Of a stretch of 64,000 nt of DNA, positions 1 to 12,975 are shown piece after piece. A model generated the notes under the pieces. That model made no database searches. It was given only the letters and a program-made list of their open reading frames with translations, and was not told the origin of the DNA. Location of the stretch: positions 134,416,001 through 134,480,000 of the forward strand of contig NC_042999.1 in the NCBI RefSeq assembly GCF_006345805.1, written 5' to 3'. The stretch comes from Octopus sinensis (Eukaryota). The first letter of the stretch is position 1. Each line of letters opens with the position of its first letter. The translations under genes and the position numbers were made by a program.

Positions 1-337
1 GGAAGCGAATTATTTATTATAATTTCATGTAACCATATCTAGGCACAGACGGCGCTACTGCAACAATAAACCGCGAATCTTTTTATAGCGAATTATTTGC
101 CTATAGTTTTATAATTCTTTCTATTTCTCTTCAGTAGAAATGGGTGCGGTGCTTTTCAACGGAACAGCTAAATTTCTGTCTCACTTCATCTTCAGGCTAA
201 TATAATGATTCCATAATTAGAATCTTCGCCATTCGTCTTCTCTTACGTTAGTGTGGTCAGTGAAGCGATGTGAGCTAGAATGACCAGCTGAACCTTTATA
301 AATTTCGTCCTTCAGTGGATACTAACTTAATAGAACA

Positions 338-430
<93 letters not shown>

Positions 431-660
431 TTGAGAGAAAGAGAGAGAGAAAGATAATATAGATAGATTGATAGATAGATATACAGGTAAATGTATGCGT
501 TTGGGTGTGTTTGATCACAGAGCTGCGAACATATCAAGAGTTTACCGATGTATTTAGATCTGTCTCCCCATTTGTATATCATATATGTGCATGATTGTAT
601 GTGTGTGTATGCGTGCATGTATGCATATGTGTGTATATGCATATGTGTGTATGCGTGTGC

Positions 661-725
<65 letters not shown>

Positions 726-1417
726 TATATATATGAATATATATATATTATCATAATAATAAATATATACATATATATATATAATATATACATACTCATA
801 TACTTACACACACACATGCATACAAACGCACACATATAGCTGTGTATTTGTATGTTTGTATGTATGCATACATATGTATGTTTTATGTAATCGGAGGACG
901 AAAATGATATGCATCCCATATCTTTGTAGATCCTACTCCACTCCAAAACTTGTAGGCTCGTTACCTTGATGCGCATAGAATATTCTCACATGGTTACGTA
1001 TAAACATCCTTATACATATATGCTTTCATACACACATACCTATATAGTTACATACCTGTGTACATAGACACATAAATAGACACGTACGTACATACATACA
1101 TACATACATACATACATACATACATAAAAATAGGTAGATAGATGCATACACACACATACATAAAGATAGATAGATACATACATACATACATACATACATA
1201 CATACATACATACATACATACATACATGCATACATACGGACGAACGGATGTACATAAACATGTGTGCAGCGCAATTACGGGCATTTCTGCAAAAACACTC
1301 ATGAGCAGACATACAGGTACACTAAGCTTTTGTAAATCTTAGGGGCAGGAAAAACAATTTGATATGATTAACTCTTAAAGACTTGATGCACAACTTAAGA
1401 ACAAGATACATATTTAC

Positions 1418-1645
1418 TTTTTTACTCTTTTACTTGTTTCAGTCATTTGACTGTGGCCATGCTAGAGCACCGCCTTTAGTCGAGCAAATCGACCCCAGGA
1501 CTTCTACTTTGTAAACCTAGTACTTATTCTATCGGTCTCTTTTGCCGAACCTCTACGTTACGGCGACATAAACACACCAGCATCGGTTGTCAAGCGATGT
1601 TGGGTGGGGACAAACACAGACACCCAAACATATACACACACATAC

Positions 1646-1676
<31 letters not shown>

Positions 1677-1677
1677 G

Positions 1678-1714
<37 letters not shown>

Positions 1715-1902
1715 ATATTATATATATATATATATATATGACGGGCTTCTTGCAGTTCCGTCTACCAAATCCACTCACAAGGCATTGATCGGCCCGAGGC
1801 TATAGTAGAAGACACCTGCCCAAGGTGCCACGCAGTGGGACTGAACCCGGAACCATGTAGTTCGTAAGCAAGCTACTTACCACACAGCCACTCCTACGCC
1901 TA
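1418..1902 (-). mobile_element. SINE family A, full-length (tRNA-derived head, CORE-like segment, internal (TA)/(CA) microsatellite, AAAAGAGT tail)
   Basis: Minus strand starts TAGGCGTAGGAGTGGCTGTGTGG (A-box-like) and GGTTCAGTCCC (B-box-like), then CCTTGGGCAGGTGTCTT, and ends GACTGAAACAAGTAAAAGAGTAAA. The same architecture recurs >15 times in the window. Confidence 0.9.
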
Positions 1903-1989
1903 TATTTGTGATACATTTATTCCAAAGGCCTATCATTACTCCCAGAGTATAGCCATGGACAATACCAAATCGATAGCTGTGTTTTTTGC

Positions 1990-2290
1990 TCAAAACATCG
2001 ACACATCGGCGTGACAATTGTGAAGTAGTATAAGTATATATCAAGCACGATAGACAAACAATTTGGTCACAATAATCTGAAACAAGTATATTCAGACGAC
2101 AAGGAGATCTTGGTGAACCATCCAAATATAATTATCGAGGATAAGGATGAAAAACTCTTTTTTCTGAAAGACATCTCGACTCTTTCTAGCCAACTCAATG
2201 TCAGACAAAAATTCAAGAATCCATCAATGTACTAGGACCTTAAAACAGAAATAAGCAGGATGTGGGATAAAACAGGAAAAAACAGTACCA
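1990..2290 (+). mobile_element. Old R4/Dong-clade LINE 3' fragment (restriction-like endonuclease region)
   Basis: Manual translation EILVNHPNIIIEDKDEKLFFLKDISTLSSQLNVRQKFKNPSMY*DLKTEISRMWDK parallels the RPD..D..P..K..EI..W C-terminus of the larger Dong copy at 37.4-37.7 kb. Confidence 0.55.
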
Positions 2291-2327
2291 AGAAAATCAT
2301 AAGCAAAATTATTGTTTCTACTATAAA

Positions 2328-2683
2328 CACAAGACCTGAGATTTTGGAGGAAAGGGATTATCGCTTATATTGACACCAGTACTTGACATTTACTTATTAA
2401 ATCTACTCCGAAATAAAGAATGAAAGGTGAAGTCGACCTCGATAGAATTTGAACTCAGATCGAAAAAAAATATAGCCGAAATGCCGCAAAGCATAACTTA
2501 CGTCTGGCGTACTAACGATTGTGCCAGCTCGCTGTCTGAATTATGAACAATAAATATTTGTTCCACCACAGGCACAATGCTTGAAACTTGGGAGGAGGGG
2601 CTTAGTCGATTATATCGGCCCCAGTAGTTGACTGTTATATATTTTATCGACCCGAAAAGATAAAAGGCAAAGTCGACCTCGAC
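2328..2683 (-). mobile_element. Two adjacent SINE family B copies (one near full-length, one partial)
   Basis: Diagnostic AAAGGxxAAGTCGACCTCG block in both, with AATTTGAACTCAG (B-box GAGTTCAAATT on minus) in the first; head ends GTGCCAGCTCGC at ~2532. Confidence 0.8.
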
Positions 2684-3387
2684 GATTATTATGAACAACA
2701 AATATGAAAACCATATCAGGTTTTACAAACTTACACACTGACCAACAAGTAACCTTGTAGTGTACTGCCCATATCTTTACACAAGGTATATCTGTACACA
2801 GCCTACATCTTTATGGTCGTAATCCTGTTATACTGGCAATCACAGATTTGACATTGTGCCAAATTACCAACATACCGAAGGTAGGAACCCCCATGTTAAA
2901 ACCAGGTTAAACAACAAATAAATCAACTAGTTGGAATAAATAATTGTTATAATGAAAATAGCAGGTGATATTGATACACTAGATACTCCAGTAGTAAATT
3001 ATTATTATAATGTACACCACTCTTATAATTAAGTGAACTAACATAAATCGAAACAGTGTTAGGTGAAATATTGAAATCTGAAATAGATTGTGTTTACTAT
3101 GTTTACTAAGGGCAAAATAGAGATAGAAGTCTTCTGCAATTATTTTTTTTATCTTATATTTGCTTCAGTCATTGGACTGCAGTCATACTGAGGGACCACC
3201 TTGAATGTTATGATAGAAGAAATCGATCTCGGTACTGCCGAATCTCTAAGTTATGTGAACGTAAGCAAACCAACATTGCTTGTCAAGCGATAGTTGGGGG
3301 CAAACACAAAGTCACTATCACACACACACACACAGGAATGCACACACACATACACATGTGCGAGCGCGTGCGCGTTATATTTGTCTT

Positions 3388-3397
3388 TGTTGTTATT

Positions 3398-3467
<70 letters not shown>

Positions 3468-3468
3468 G
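3388..3468. repeat. (ATT)n microsatellite; (AAT)n also at 3860-3925
   Basis: Direct reading. Confidence 0.95.
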
Positions 3469-3639
3469 TTCCAGGCCTTGTGCCTATAGTAGAAAGGATT
3501 ATTATTATTATTATTATTATTAGTTTATCAGAGATTTTTCGTCACTCATTCCGTGACCTCCACAATGACTTTCTGCTCCTTGAGTCTCCTCTTCTTTTAG
3601 ATCTAGTCGTGTCTATTCCATTTTGTCGAATAATAATAA

Positions 3640-3851
3640 TAAACCTTTCAACTATAGGCACAATACCAAAAATATGGGAGACGGAGCTAGTCGACTACAT
3701 TGACCCTTAGTACTCAGCTGATTTTATCGACCCCAAAAGGATTAAAGGCAAAGACGACCACGGCGAAACTTGAACTCAGACCATAAGGAGGGACGAAATG
3801 CCGCTAAGCATTTTGCCTGGAGTGCTAACGATTCTGCCATCTCGCCGTCTT
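3640..3851 (-). mobile_element. SINE family B
   Basis: GGCACAA...GTCGACTACATTGACC...CCCCAAAAGGATTAAAGGCAAAG...TTGAACTCAGA...GCTAAGCATTTTGCC...GCTAACGATTCTGCC. Confidence 0.8.
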
Positions 3852-3861
3852 TCTAATAAAA

Positions 3862-3899
<38 letters not shown>

Positions 3900-4139
3900 T
3901 AATAATAATAATAATAATAATAATAAGCTAAAATGAAGATCAAGTAAATAGTGCATGTGTTTATTGGTAACAAAAATGAACATCCCCAAATCTAACAATA
4001 TCAGTTTCGACACACGATTTCTTATCAGAAATACTGCAAAACATGTAGATGAATAGTGTGTGTTTGTGTGTGTGTGTGCGTGTGTGTGTGTGTGTTATAT
4101 ATATGTATGTATATGTATATATTTATATATCTCTATCTT

Positions 4140-4171
<32 letters not shown>

Positions 4172-4551
4172 TGTATGTATATACGGTGGGCTTCTAGGAG
4201 GGAATGGGGTAACAAGGGGCTCTCTTTTGATCATATAAAGGTTAATAAGAATAAATCAGAAGCAAAAGGGCGAACAAAACAAAAAATTTAAAGCAAAAAG
4301 TGAAAAATCTCAAAAGAAAGCCGTAAAAAATATTTAGAACATTCTTTGGCAAAGAAATGGAAAGTCCAACTTCTGAAATGTGAATAGTTTGGAAAGAAGT
4401 TGTTAGATACCCGCAATCATCTTGATTAAAGCTAAATACAAATTTGACAACCAAATTTGAACACAGAGCGTAAAGGTTCATAATGAAATGACACAAGGCA
4501 GTTTGTCTAGCGCTCTGCCGATTCGGCCAGTTAACTGTATCATAATATCAA

Positions 4552-4762
4552 TAATCCTTTCTATTAAAGGCACAAAGCCCAAAATTTTGTGGGGAAGTCT
4601 CCAGTCGATTACATCGACCCCAATGTTTCGCTGATACTTAATTTATCGATCCGGAAAGGATGAAAGACAAAGTCGACCTTGACGGAATTTGAACTCGTAA
4701 CGTAAAGATGGACGAAATGCCACTAAGCATTTTGCCCGGTATGCTAACGATTCTGCCGCCTT
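4552..4762 (-). mobile_element. SINE family B
   Basis: Same blocks as other B copies; lies between the inverted pair at 4113-4342 and 4895-5112. Confidence 0.85.
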
Positions 4763-5267
4763 CATAATATCAATGATAAATTGCTAATATCATCATCTAT
4801 AGCCGGTTTTCTCATCACCAAGGCAAGATTTCGCGCGTGTACGTGTGCGTGCGCGCGCTTGACAGCTGATTCTGGTTTGTTTACGTCTCCGTCAGAATGT
4901 TCTAAATATTTCTTGCGGCTTTCTTTTGAGATTTTTCACTTTTTGCTTTGAATTTTTTGTTCCGCTCACCCTTTTGCTTCCGATTTATTCTTATCGACCT
5001 TCATATGGGCAAAAGAGAGTCCCTTGTTGCCCCATCCCCTCCTAGAAGCCCACCGTGTATACGTACATACGTTCATACATCCATATAAAGATAGAGATAT
5101 ATAAATACATACATTCAGCAAAAGAAAGCAATACAGTAAGTCCTAGCTTTAACGAAAAATGAAAGATACTGGAATTCATTTATTTGACAAAGCTACTCAA
5201 GGCTGCACCCTATCATAGCCGCAGTCCAAAGATTATCATATATAAAAGATAAAAAAAGGACACATAT

Positions 5268-5700
5268 ACAGGAGTAACTGTGTGGTAAGTAGCTTGCTTA
5301 CCAACCACATGGTTCCGGGTTCATTCCCAGTGCGTGGCACCTTGGGCAAAAGTCTTCTACTATAGCCTCGAGCCGACCAAAGCCTTGTGTGTGGATTTGA
5401 TAGACGGAAACTGAAAGAAGCCCGTCGTATATATATATATATATATGTGAGCGTGTGTGTGTGTGTGTGTGTGGTGTGTGTGTGTGTGTGTGTGTGTATG
5501 TTTGTGTGTCTGTGTTTGTCCCCACAACATCGCTTGACAACCGATGCTGGTGTGTTTATGTCCCCGTAACTTAGAGGTTCGCCAAAAGAGACCCATAGAC
5601 TAAGTACTAGGCTTCCAAAGAATAAGTCCTGGGGTCGACTAAAGGCGGTGCTCCAGCATGGCCGCAGTCAAATGACTGAAACAAGTAAAAGAGTAAAAGA
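5268..5700 (+). mobile_element. SINE family A, full-length
   Basis: CAGGAGTAACTGTGTGGTAAGTAGCTTG head, internal (TA)/(GT) tract, tail GACTGAAACAAGTAAAAGAGTAAAAGA. Confidence 0.9.
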
Positions 5701-5791
5701 ATACATACACACACACAGGTGCCAATGAGTGAGTCTTAGTTGGATAGAGATCTTGCAAGAAATTGCAACTAAATCCTCCAAAAATATCGAT

Positions 5792-5988
5792 TTCAAATTT
5801 TGGTACAAGATCAGCAATTCCGGGGTGATGGAGAGGTTGATTACATCAGCGTCTAACTAGAACTTGTTTTCTCAACCCCGAAAGGGTGAAAGGCAAAGCC
5901 AACCTCAGCAGAATTTGAACTCAGAACACGTAGACAGACGCTGAGCATTTTTGCCTTCGCATGCTAACGAGCTGCCAGCTCACCGCCA
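5792..5988 (-). mobile_element. SINE family B (variant tail)
   Basis: CCCCGAAAGGGTGAAAGGCAAAGCCAACCTCAGCAGAATTTGAACTCAGAAC...GCTAACGAGCTGCCAGCTCACCGCC. Confidence 0.8.
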
Positions 5989-7451
5989 CAAATCCACCTA
6001 CTGTCTTAACAAAAAGCTGGCCGCCGTTGGAACGTTTTTATTTATCATTCATTTATTTTTGATTAATTTATCGTAGGTCTTCAGGATCTAAGCTGACCTG
6101 GGGCTAAAGTCAAGTAACAACAATAAGAAGAACAACAGTAGCATGCGTAGTGACCGCATCATACGTACAAGTGATTGGTGTCAGCCGTTATAAAGTTCCC
6201 AGTTTAAGGTGTTTCCGTTTGTCTGGGAGTTCATAGACAGAAACAGAGCAGCAGCTGGTTTAGTGTTCAGCCACAAACACCTTTTTCATTATTTATTTAT
6301 TTATTTATTTATTTATTGTTAACGTATTTTCTTCTGCAAGAGGCGTGGAAACAAAGACATAGCGAAAACGGTGAGGTAATTATCTTTTTTCTTTTGAAGA
6401 GCAGAAATTGAAATAAGGAGGGGTATATATATAACGGAAAAGAGAGGGGGGTATGGAGAGACAGAGAGAAAGCGAGAGTATGAAGAGATAACTATTAGAT
6501 GAGAGAGGAGAGAAAAAGGAAATAAATGTAAGATAGAGACTGAGAGCAGGAGAGCAGGAAAGATAAAATAAAAAAAATAGACCCAGTGTACGAATAAGAG
6601 AGAGTGGGGGAGGGGAGGCAGACAGAGAGAGAGGGGAGAGAGAGATTGAGAGGGAAAGAGAGATTTGTCTTCAGTAATATGTCTCGGATAATTATTAATT
6701 CCTTTAACTTCTAAGACTTCTGTATCCAGAATTTCCTGATTCTATGATTTACGAAAACAGCCAAATTGCAATATTACGAAGTTTTTTTTTTTTTTCTTTT
6801 TACTTTTTACTTTTTGCTTTTTGCTTTTTGTTTTTTACACCAAACATCAGCATATTAACTAGATAATAAAAAGGCAAGAATTATCACCCTCCGGGTTATT
6901 GTTGAAAAGAGAGGAAAAAAAAAAGTCTATTATAAAGGAGCCATAAATGAAAATGGAGGTGGGGATTCGGGGTGAGAAGGTGAGAGCTCATAGGGGTGAA
7001 AGAGGCTAACAGGGTGTTGATTAGTTGTTATGTTCTTTCAATATTGCAGATTTTTTAAATTCAAATTATCAAAAGGCTTACAGTTCGGTTTCTTTAGTTT
7101 TCTAATTCTATGTTACTGCTGCTGCTGGTGCTGTTGCTGCTGCTGCTGCCTTTGTTGTTGTTGTTGTTGTTGTTGTTGTTGCTTGTTTCTCTTTCCTTTT
7201 TTCTCCTTCATTTTTTTTTCTTTTTATTTTCTTTAGCCCCCGGACAGCTTAGAACCAGAATACTTACAACGTTGGAAGACAAAAACAAAAACGTTCCAAT
7301 GCGTACATATATGTATATGTGTGTATTTGTGTATATATTTTTGTCTTACATGTATATGTATACACCAAGAGATTTTGTACGCGTGCATGTATGCGTACAT
7401 ATATGTATATGTGTGCATTTGTGTATATATTTATATCTTATATATGTATGC

Positions 7452-7778
7452 TGTGAGGGCGCGTGGCTTAGTGGTTAGGGCATTCGGCTCATGATCGTAA
7501 GGTTGTGAGTTCGATTCCCGGCGACGCGTTGTGTCCTTGAGCAAGACACTTTATTTCACGTTGCTCCAGTCCACTCAGCTGGCAAAAATGAGTTGTACTT
7601 GTATTTCAAAGGGTCAGCCTTGTCACTCTCTGTGTCACGCTGATTATCCCCGAGAACTACGTTAAGGGTACACGTGTCTGTGGAATGCTCAGCCATTTGC
7701 ACGTTAATTTCACGAGCAAGCTGTTCCGTTGATCGTATCAGCTGGGACCCTCGTCGTCGTAACCGGCGGAGTCTTTAA
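7452..7778 (+). mobile_element. SINE family C, full-length (tRNA-like head)
   Basis: TGGCTTAGTGG A box and GAGTTCGATTCC B box, then TTGTGTCCTTGAGCAAGACACTT. Possible TATATGTATG target duplication at 7441 and ~7779. A reverse copy lies at 57148-57450. Confidence 0.85.
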
Positions 7779-8247
7779 TATATGTATGTCTAAATATGTA
7801 TATAACTATGTACATGCATGTGTATTTTGGTGTATATATGTATATTATAGATGGTCTAGTATGCGTATATACTGCTGGAAAAAAATATTTATGTAATACA
7901 GCGTGAAGATTTTTAATTTTTATATTAATGTATTAATTGACTTATATTTCGTATATGATTATTTACCATATGTATTTGGAATCTGTCCTTCGATTTAAGG
8001 TTTTCTTCGATTTTATAATAGGATGAATTTATACTGGATTTATTTTGTTCATTGCAAAATTAAGATCGTTGAAAGGGCCAATGAAACAAAACCATTTTCA
8101 AAGATGTATCCTTTAAGCTACTTTTTTTTGTTGTTTTTGTTTCATTATATCGTCATTTCTGTTCCATTCTAACAAAACTGTCCAACGAACGGAAACGTGA
8201 AACTCTGAGTAACAGTTTTTGCGATACTTCTGCTGCTTTTAAATAAA

Positions 8248-8327
<80 letters not shown>

Positions 8328-9054
8328 CATACATACATATATACACATATATGTATGCATGCATACATACATACACACACACACACTAACTTACGTACAT
8401 ACATATATGTATGTATGTATGTACAACGTACAGTTCGGCAAATGAGACCGATAGAATAAGCCCACGACTTTAAAAATAATTTGGGGTTTGTGTCGTTCCA
8501 CCAAAATTCTTCAAGGCAGTGCCCCAGCATGGCTGCAATCTAATGATTGAAACAAGTAAAAGAGAAAAGACATATATACATGTGTGCGCGCGCGTGTGTG
8601 TGTGTGTGTGTGCGTGCACTCGGGTGTATATTAAAAGGTAGCTCTGTCGGTTTGGACGATGACCATTTAGCCGTTCGACCAACGGAATATATCCTGTCCA
8701 TTGAACTAGCATGTAAATGGCTGACTATCCCCCCCCCCCGATTCGTGTACTCTTAATGTAGCTCTCAAGTAAAATCAGTGTGCAAGCGTGTGTACGACAG
8801 GGCTGTGTCTTTGAACTTCACTAAAATCCATCCGACGGACTTCCGCACAGTATCCAGCTAGCGACTTACATTCACGAAACTTGAATTGACCTGATGCCTT
8901 GGTAAATGATACTGGCCCAAGATGCTACACAGCGAGATCGAATCTGGAGCAAACTACTGAAACATTCGGCTTTGCTACGTCTAGTATATAATACATCTAT
9001 CATATTATATATTATATAGCATAACTTTTTATATAGTACATATAGTAAAAAAAG

Positions 9055-9297
9055 TTAAGTACAGTTCCTTCCCGAGTCATAGACTCATAAGGGCCGGTTT
9101 CCCGGTTTCATGGCGTATATATTCCCCACGTGGACGGGACGCCGGTCCATCGTAAGATTACTCATTTTTGCCAGTTGAGTGGACTGGAGCAACGTGAAAT
9201 GAAGTGTTTTGCTCAAGAGCACAATATGGCGTCCGGTTCAGGAATCGAAACCACAAATTTACGATTATGAGTCCAACATCCCTAACCACTAAGCCAC
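9055..9297 (-). mobile_element. SINE family C-related copy with a different 3' half
   Basis: Matches the 7452 copy from the head through GGCAAAAATGAGT, then continues CGATGGACCGGCGTCCCGTCC...GACTCGGGAAGG. Confidence 0.8.
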
Positions 9298-9730
9298 TAT
9301 AGTATATATAGTATATAATATATATCTAGCATATAAGTATATATGGTTGTTGGTTAGATTCAGATTAGTCCTGATCAAGCAACTTCTCTTCAAAGGCGTT
9401 CTAGCTGTGACCATCCCCTAATTCTAACAGAGAGTTTTTACAACAACATTATGAAATATGCTTTGAGTTTGTGCGCGTGTGTATGTGTAGAGTGAGAGAG
9501 AGATTTGAGTGCTATTTTTAGTCGAGCAACTTTCTAGAGTCTTCGTTATTTGGCTATGATTACATTATATTAAATAAATTACACCGGAACAGGAAATTAT
9601 TATTACATTAAATCTAATATATTGATTTTATTTAACTTTAGGTCAGTTCTTATCGAACAGACCTATGATCTAGTTGTGACCATCTGTCTTTCTCTTTTCC
9701 CCTCGTTGATAATATTCATATTATATACTA

Positions 9731-9772
<42 letters not shown>

Positions 9773-10190
9773 ATATTTCTCCTCGTTCGCTAGTTATATA
9801 TTATATGAAGCTCGGTAGTTTTTAAAAACTCAAGGTAATTAGTTTAAAAAGGTGAATAAAATTGTACTTACAGTTAGTTAAGATACTGGCGCTGCAGCGA
9901 GAAAAGCGTACGGTCGCAAGTCCATTTCTCTTGACCTGAAGATAGAGAACTATCAACTTTGATTTTGTATATATGGTTGCTGTTGTTGTTGTTGTTGTCG
10001 AATTTATTGATTAGCGCAAGTTTTTCAACTACTTTTTACTTATGGACACCTTTCGATTACTATTTTATTTTGGTGGAATCCCATAGCCACTCTATATCTA
10101 AAAACTTTTTATAGAAACTAGTTTTATAGAAATTTCTTTCAACATTTCCTTTTTGCTTCTCACACATTATCTTGTGTAGGTTGGATTATG

Positions 10191-10470
10191 TAAAACGTTA
10201 GAGAAAGAAACCTAGCTGTTTCTTGCGATATATACATTTAAAGCAAAATTTTTCCAGGGGTCCCTAAAATACTATTGTGGATCCCTAATTTAAAACGTTA
10301 GAGAAAGAAACCTAGCTGTTTCTTGCAATACATACCAATACATTACATCTAAAGCAAAATTTTTTTCAGGGGCCCTTAAAATACTATCGTCGATCCCCAA
10401 TTTACTATTTTATTACGTGAACCCCGAAAAATCTTATGTGGACCCTTAGGGGCTATATGGACCCTGGTTG
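10191..10470. mobile_element. MITE-like fragment with an internal ~100-bp tandem duplication (10191-10290, 10291-10402)
   Basis: TAAAACGTTAGAGAAAGAAACCTAGCTGTTTCTTGC occurs twice at period 100. The end GGACCCTGGTTGA resembles a truncated hAT-type terminus. Confidence 0.4.
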
Positions 10471-10740
10471 ATTACATCGTCCCCATTTAGCGTGAAGTCG
10501 ACCCTGAGCAAATAGACTTATAAGCAAAAACTTTCTAACAACGACCTTCCAACATATTTGTGAATATATAATTCTACATTTCCAAATTGGTTCCTTTTGT
10601 TTGGGACGATAGGCTGTGATTTGAGGAATATTTAGTTGTAACTTTTAACAAATCGAATGACCACGAGAAAGCTCCCGAATTAACTAATGTGTATGATTGA
10701 TTGATATATTTCAGTGTTGTGTTGGTACTCTTTAACGTAT

Positions 10741-11295
10741 GGGTCGGCGAACAGGGATAAATTACCCCAACTGGGGTACAAATGAAATTCTTGGAGGTAA
10801 TGAGGACTCATTAGACATAAATAAAATTATATAAAAAATGTGCTCCTTGTTGTGACAGAGCTTTTTCTTCTGGCATGAGGAGGCAGTGAAAACGTTGCTG
10901 CCTTTTGCAAAAACCTACCTTTGCAAACAAAGGTTTTCCACTCTAATGAACATAAAAGCAAAGCAGAGTAATCGATTCAGAACCAAAGACTGTATCCAAA
11001 TTGTTCTGACATCAAAATGCCACAATTTTGACGTAATTGTAGCAAAAATGAAACATCATTTCCCCAAAATATGAAGTGAAAAAGTTTCTAGAAAAATCCT
11101 TTGGTTTCATAAGGAGGATATTAATTTGTTTTATACGTTTTATATTTATAATTGTATCCTCCATTTATATAGATTCAATAGACCTTTTGAATTCAAAGAA
11201 TCTATGATTTACTTCCTTTCAAACCAAGGGGGTAACGTCGGCATAAATAAATATATTTTGGCGGGTAATTGGTTAAAAAAGTTCCCTGAACCCAC
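10741..11295 (+). mobile_element. Non-autonomous hAT (Charlie/Buster-like) element retaining the C-terminal dimerisation fragment
   Basis: ORF 10886-11074 KTLLPFAKTYLCKQRFSTLMNIKAKQSNR matches the hATC pattern (LPF.TTYLCE.GFS.L..IK.K.RNRL). Degenerate termini GGGTCGGCGAAC / GTTCCCTGAACCC. Confidence 0.65.
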
Positions 11296-12037
11296 GAATC
11301 TGTAAACTGTGTATGCTGGTGTTTGTGCGCGTGTGTATATGTGTACATACATGCTTACAAGTGTAAATTTCGAAGCTGCATGTATGAAGTGCATGCATCT
11401 GCATGTAAGTGTGCGCATGTCTGCATGTAAATATTAAATATGCACGTATATTTAAGTATGCGTAACTATGCGTTCATACGCGCATGTGTGTATGTGTGTG
11501 GCTGTATGTGTGTGTGTGAATGTATAGGGGTTACACAGCTGGTTAATCCTCACTGCCTAGCATCCACCCACTCTCTATTGATTACCTCCCACTTCCTCTT
11601 TTTCTCTATATTTCTCTCTCTATTTCTTTCTCTCTTTAATCTTTCTCTCTCCCACTTTTTATACCCTTTTCTCATCCACATTCAGCACAAATAAGCTAGA
11701 AATTAATTTATTCACATCAGTTCGCAGCACTTATCACTGCTCACCTCCTCTCCAACAACAATAAGCACAAACAACAACGTTGAGGATTCTGACGAGTGGT
11801 TCTTTATGTGGCCTGGTAAAAATAGCAGCCAAATCATCCTTAACTCACGCCTTAACACCTTACAAAAGGAAGGACACATTGGGTAACGATTCCATAGATA
11901 TTTGGAGTATAAAGATGGAATGATCATAGCTGGGATATCTTTGCTCGTGGGTCTACTCAAATTAGGTTTGACCTCGGCCTAAACAGTATCAGCAACATAA
12001 TGTAGATCAGTCGGCAAGAAAGGGATCTACTTAAACT

Positions 12038-12975
12038 GATTCCCAAAATCTGCATTTTTTAAAAGGAAGTTAAAAATCTGAAAATCGGCTGGATTAATGT
12101 AGTTTTCCACACTTATTGCTATGAAGGCATGATGTTGTGGAGAAAAAAATTGGTGGGAAAAGTTAAAGGTTTAAAAATCGAAAAAACTATGTATTGTTAG
12201 CCAATAGCGAGACAGAAATTTTCTTTGTTTAGCGGTGTCAACATTAAGGTTGTACCCTGTGAAATTTATAGTTTAGCGTCTATGAAATGAGCTGTCCATT
12301 GTAGGTTTATAAATAAACAGAAATATCTAATAAAATTTACCAAAGATACAGTAAGATGATACATGTTGATTTTATAAAAAAAAAAAGTGGGGTGGGAAAC
12401 AGGATACTCTCCTCAAAATTATTGGAAAATTTTTTTTCCGTTGAAAGAATTACGGTGACTTAATATACCACAAAACACTTTTTGTCCGGAAGAAAAACAA
12501 CATTTTCCAATAATTCTGAGGAGGAGGGGGATTACTGGTCTCATCGTTTTTCCGAACAAAAATAAGCGGGTGGCGGTCAGGGTGGGTGATTTCCCGCGAA
12601 AAATCCGAGGGTTTTTTTTCTTTTGGTGAAATGCATGGAGGTGCACTTGTAAAAATGTACCGTTTCTTTCGTCTCTTTGTTGATTTCTATAGTGTTTTGT
12701 ATGTTTTTGTTATTTTTTTAAAAATTTATTATATCAAAATATTTGTTTGCGTGTTTTTACTTTATGCGTATTTCAGTATTAGGTGTGCGGTTGTGTACTA
12801 AGTTCACCATTTCATAATGCCAAGAAACTGTGTAAAGATTGCAAACAACTTTTGCTATATTTGCAGTGTCTTAATACTCCAAGTTACAAAAACGGCGTTT
12901 CACGCCATTGATTAAAAAGTGTTATGAGCATTATTTTGATTGTAAAGTGGGTGACCAGGATAAAAGATGGGCCGA
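12038..12975 (+). mobile_element. Chapaev(3)-like DNA transposon remnant: subterminal arm plus frameshifted transposase N-terminus (ATG 12817)
   Basis: MPRNCVKIANNFCYICS, then a frameshift to KRRFTPLIKKCYEHYFDCKVGDQDKRWA. The FCYIC...YF..K.GDQDK.WA motif is typical of this transposase group; the family name is from recall. Confidence 0.6.

Noticed and set aside
165-200. Minus-strand CTGAAGA...GAAA hammerhead-like spacing
   Set aside because: Stem II is only 2 bp and stem III cannot pair; compatible with chance.
7452-7530. tRNA-like sequence with A and B boxes (also the heads of SINE A and B)
   Set aside because: It runs directly into SINE body and tail, lacks a proper acceptor stem, and is multi-copy and diverged: SINE heads, not tRNA genes.
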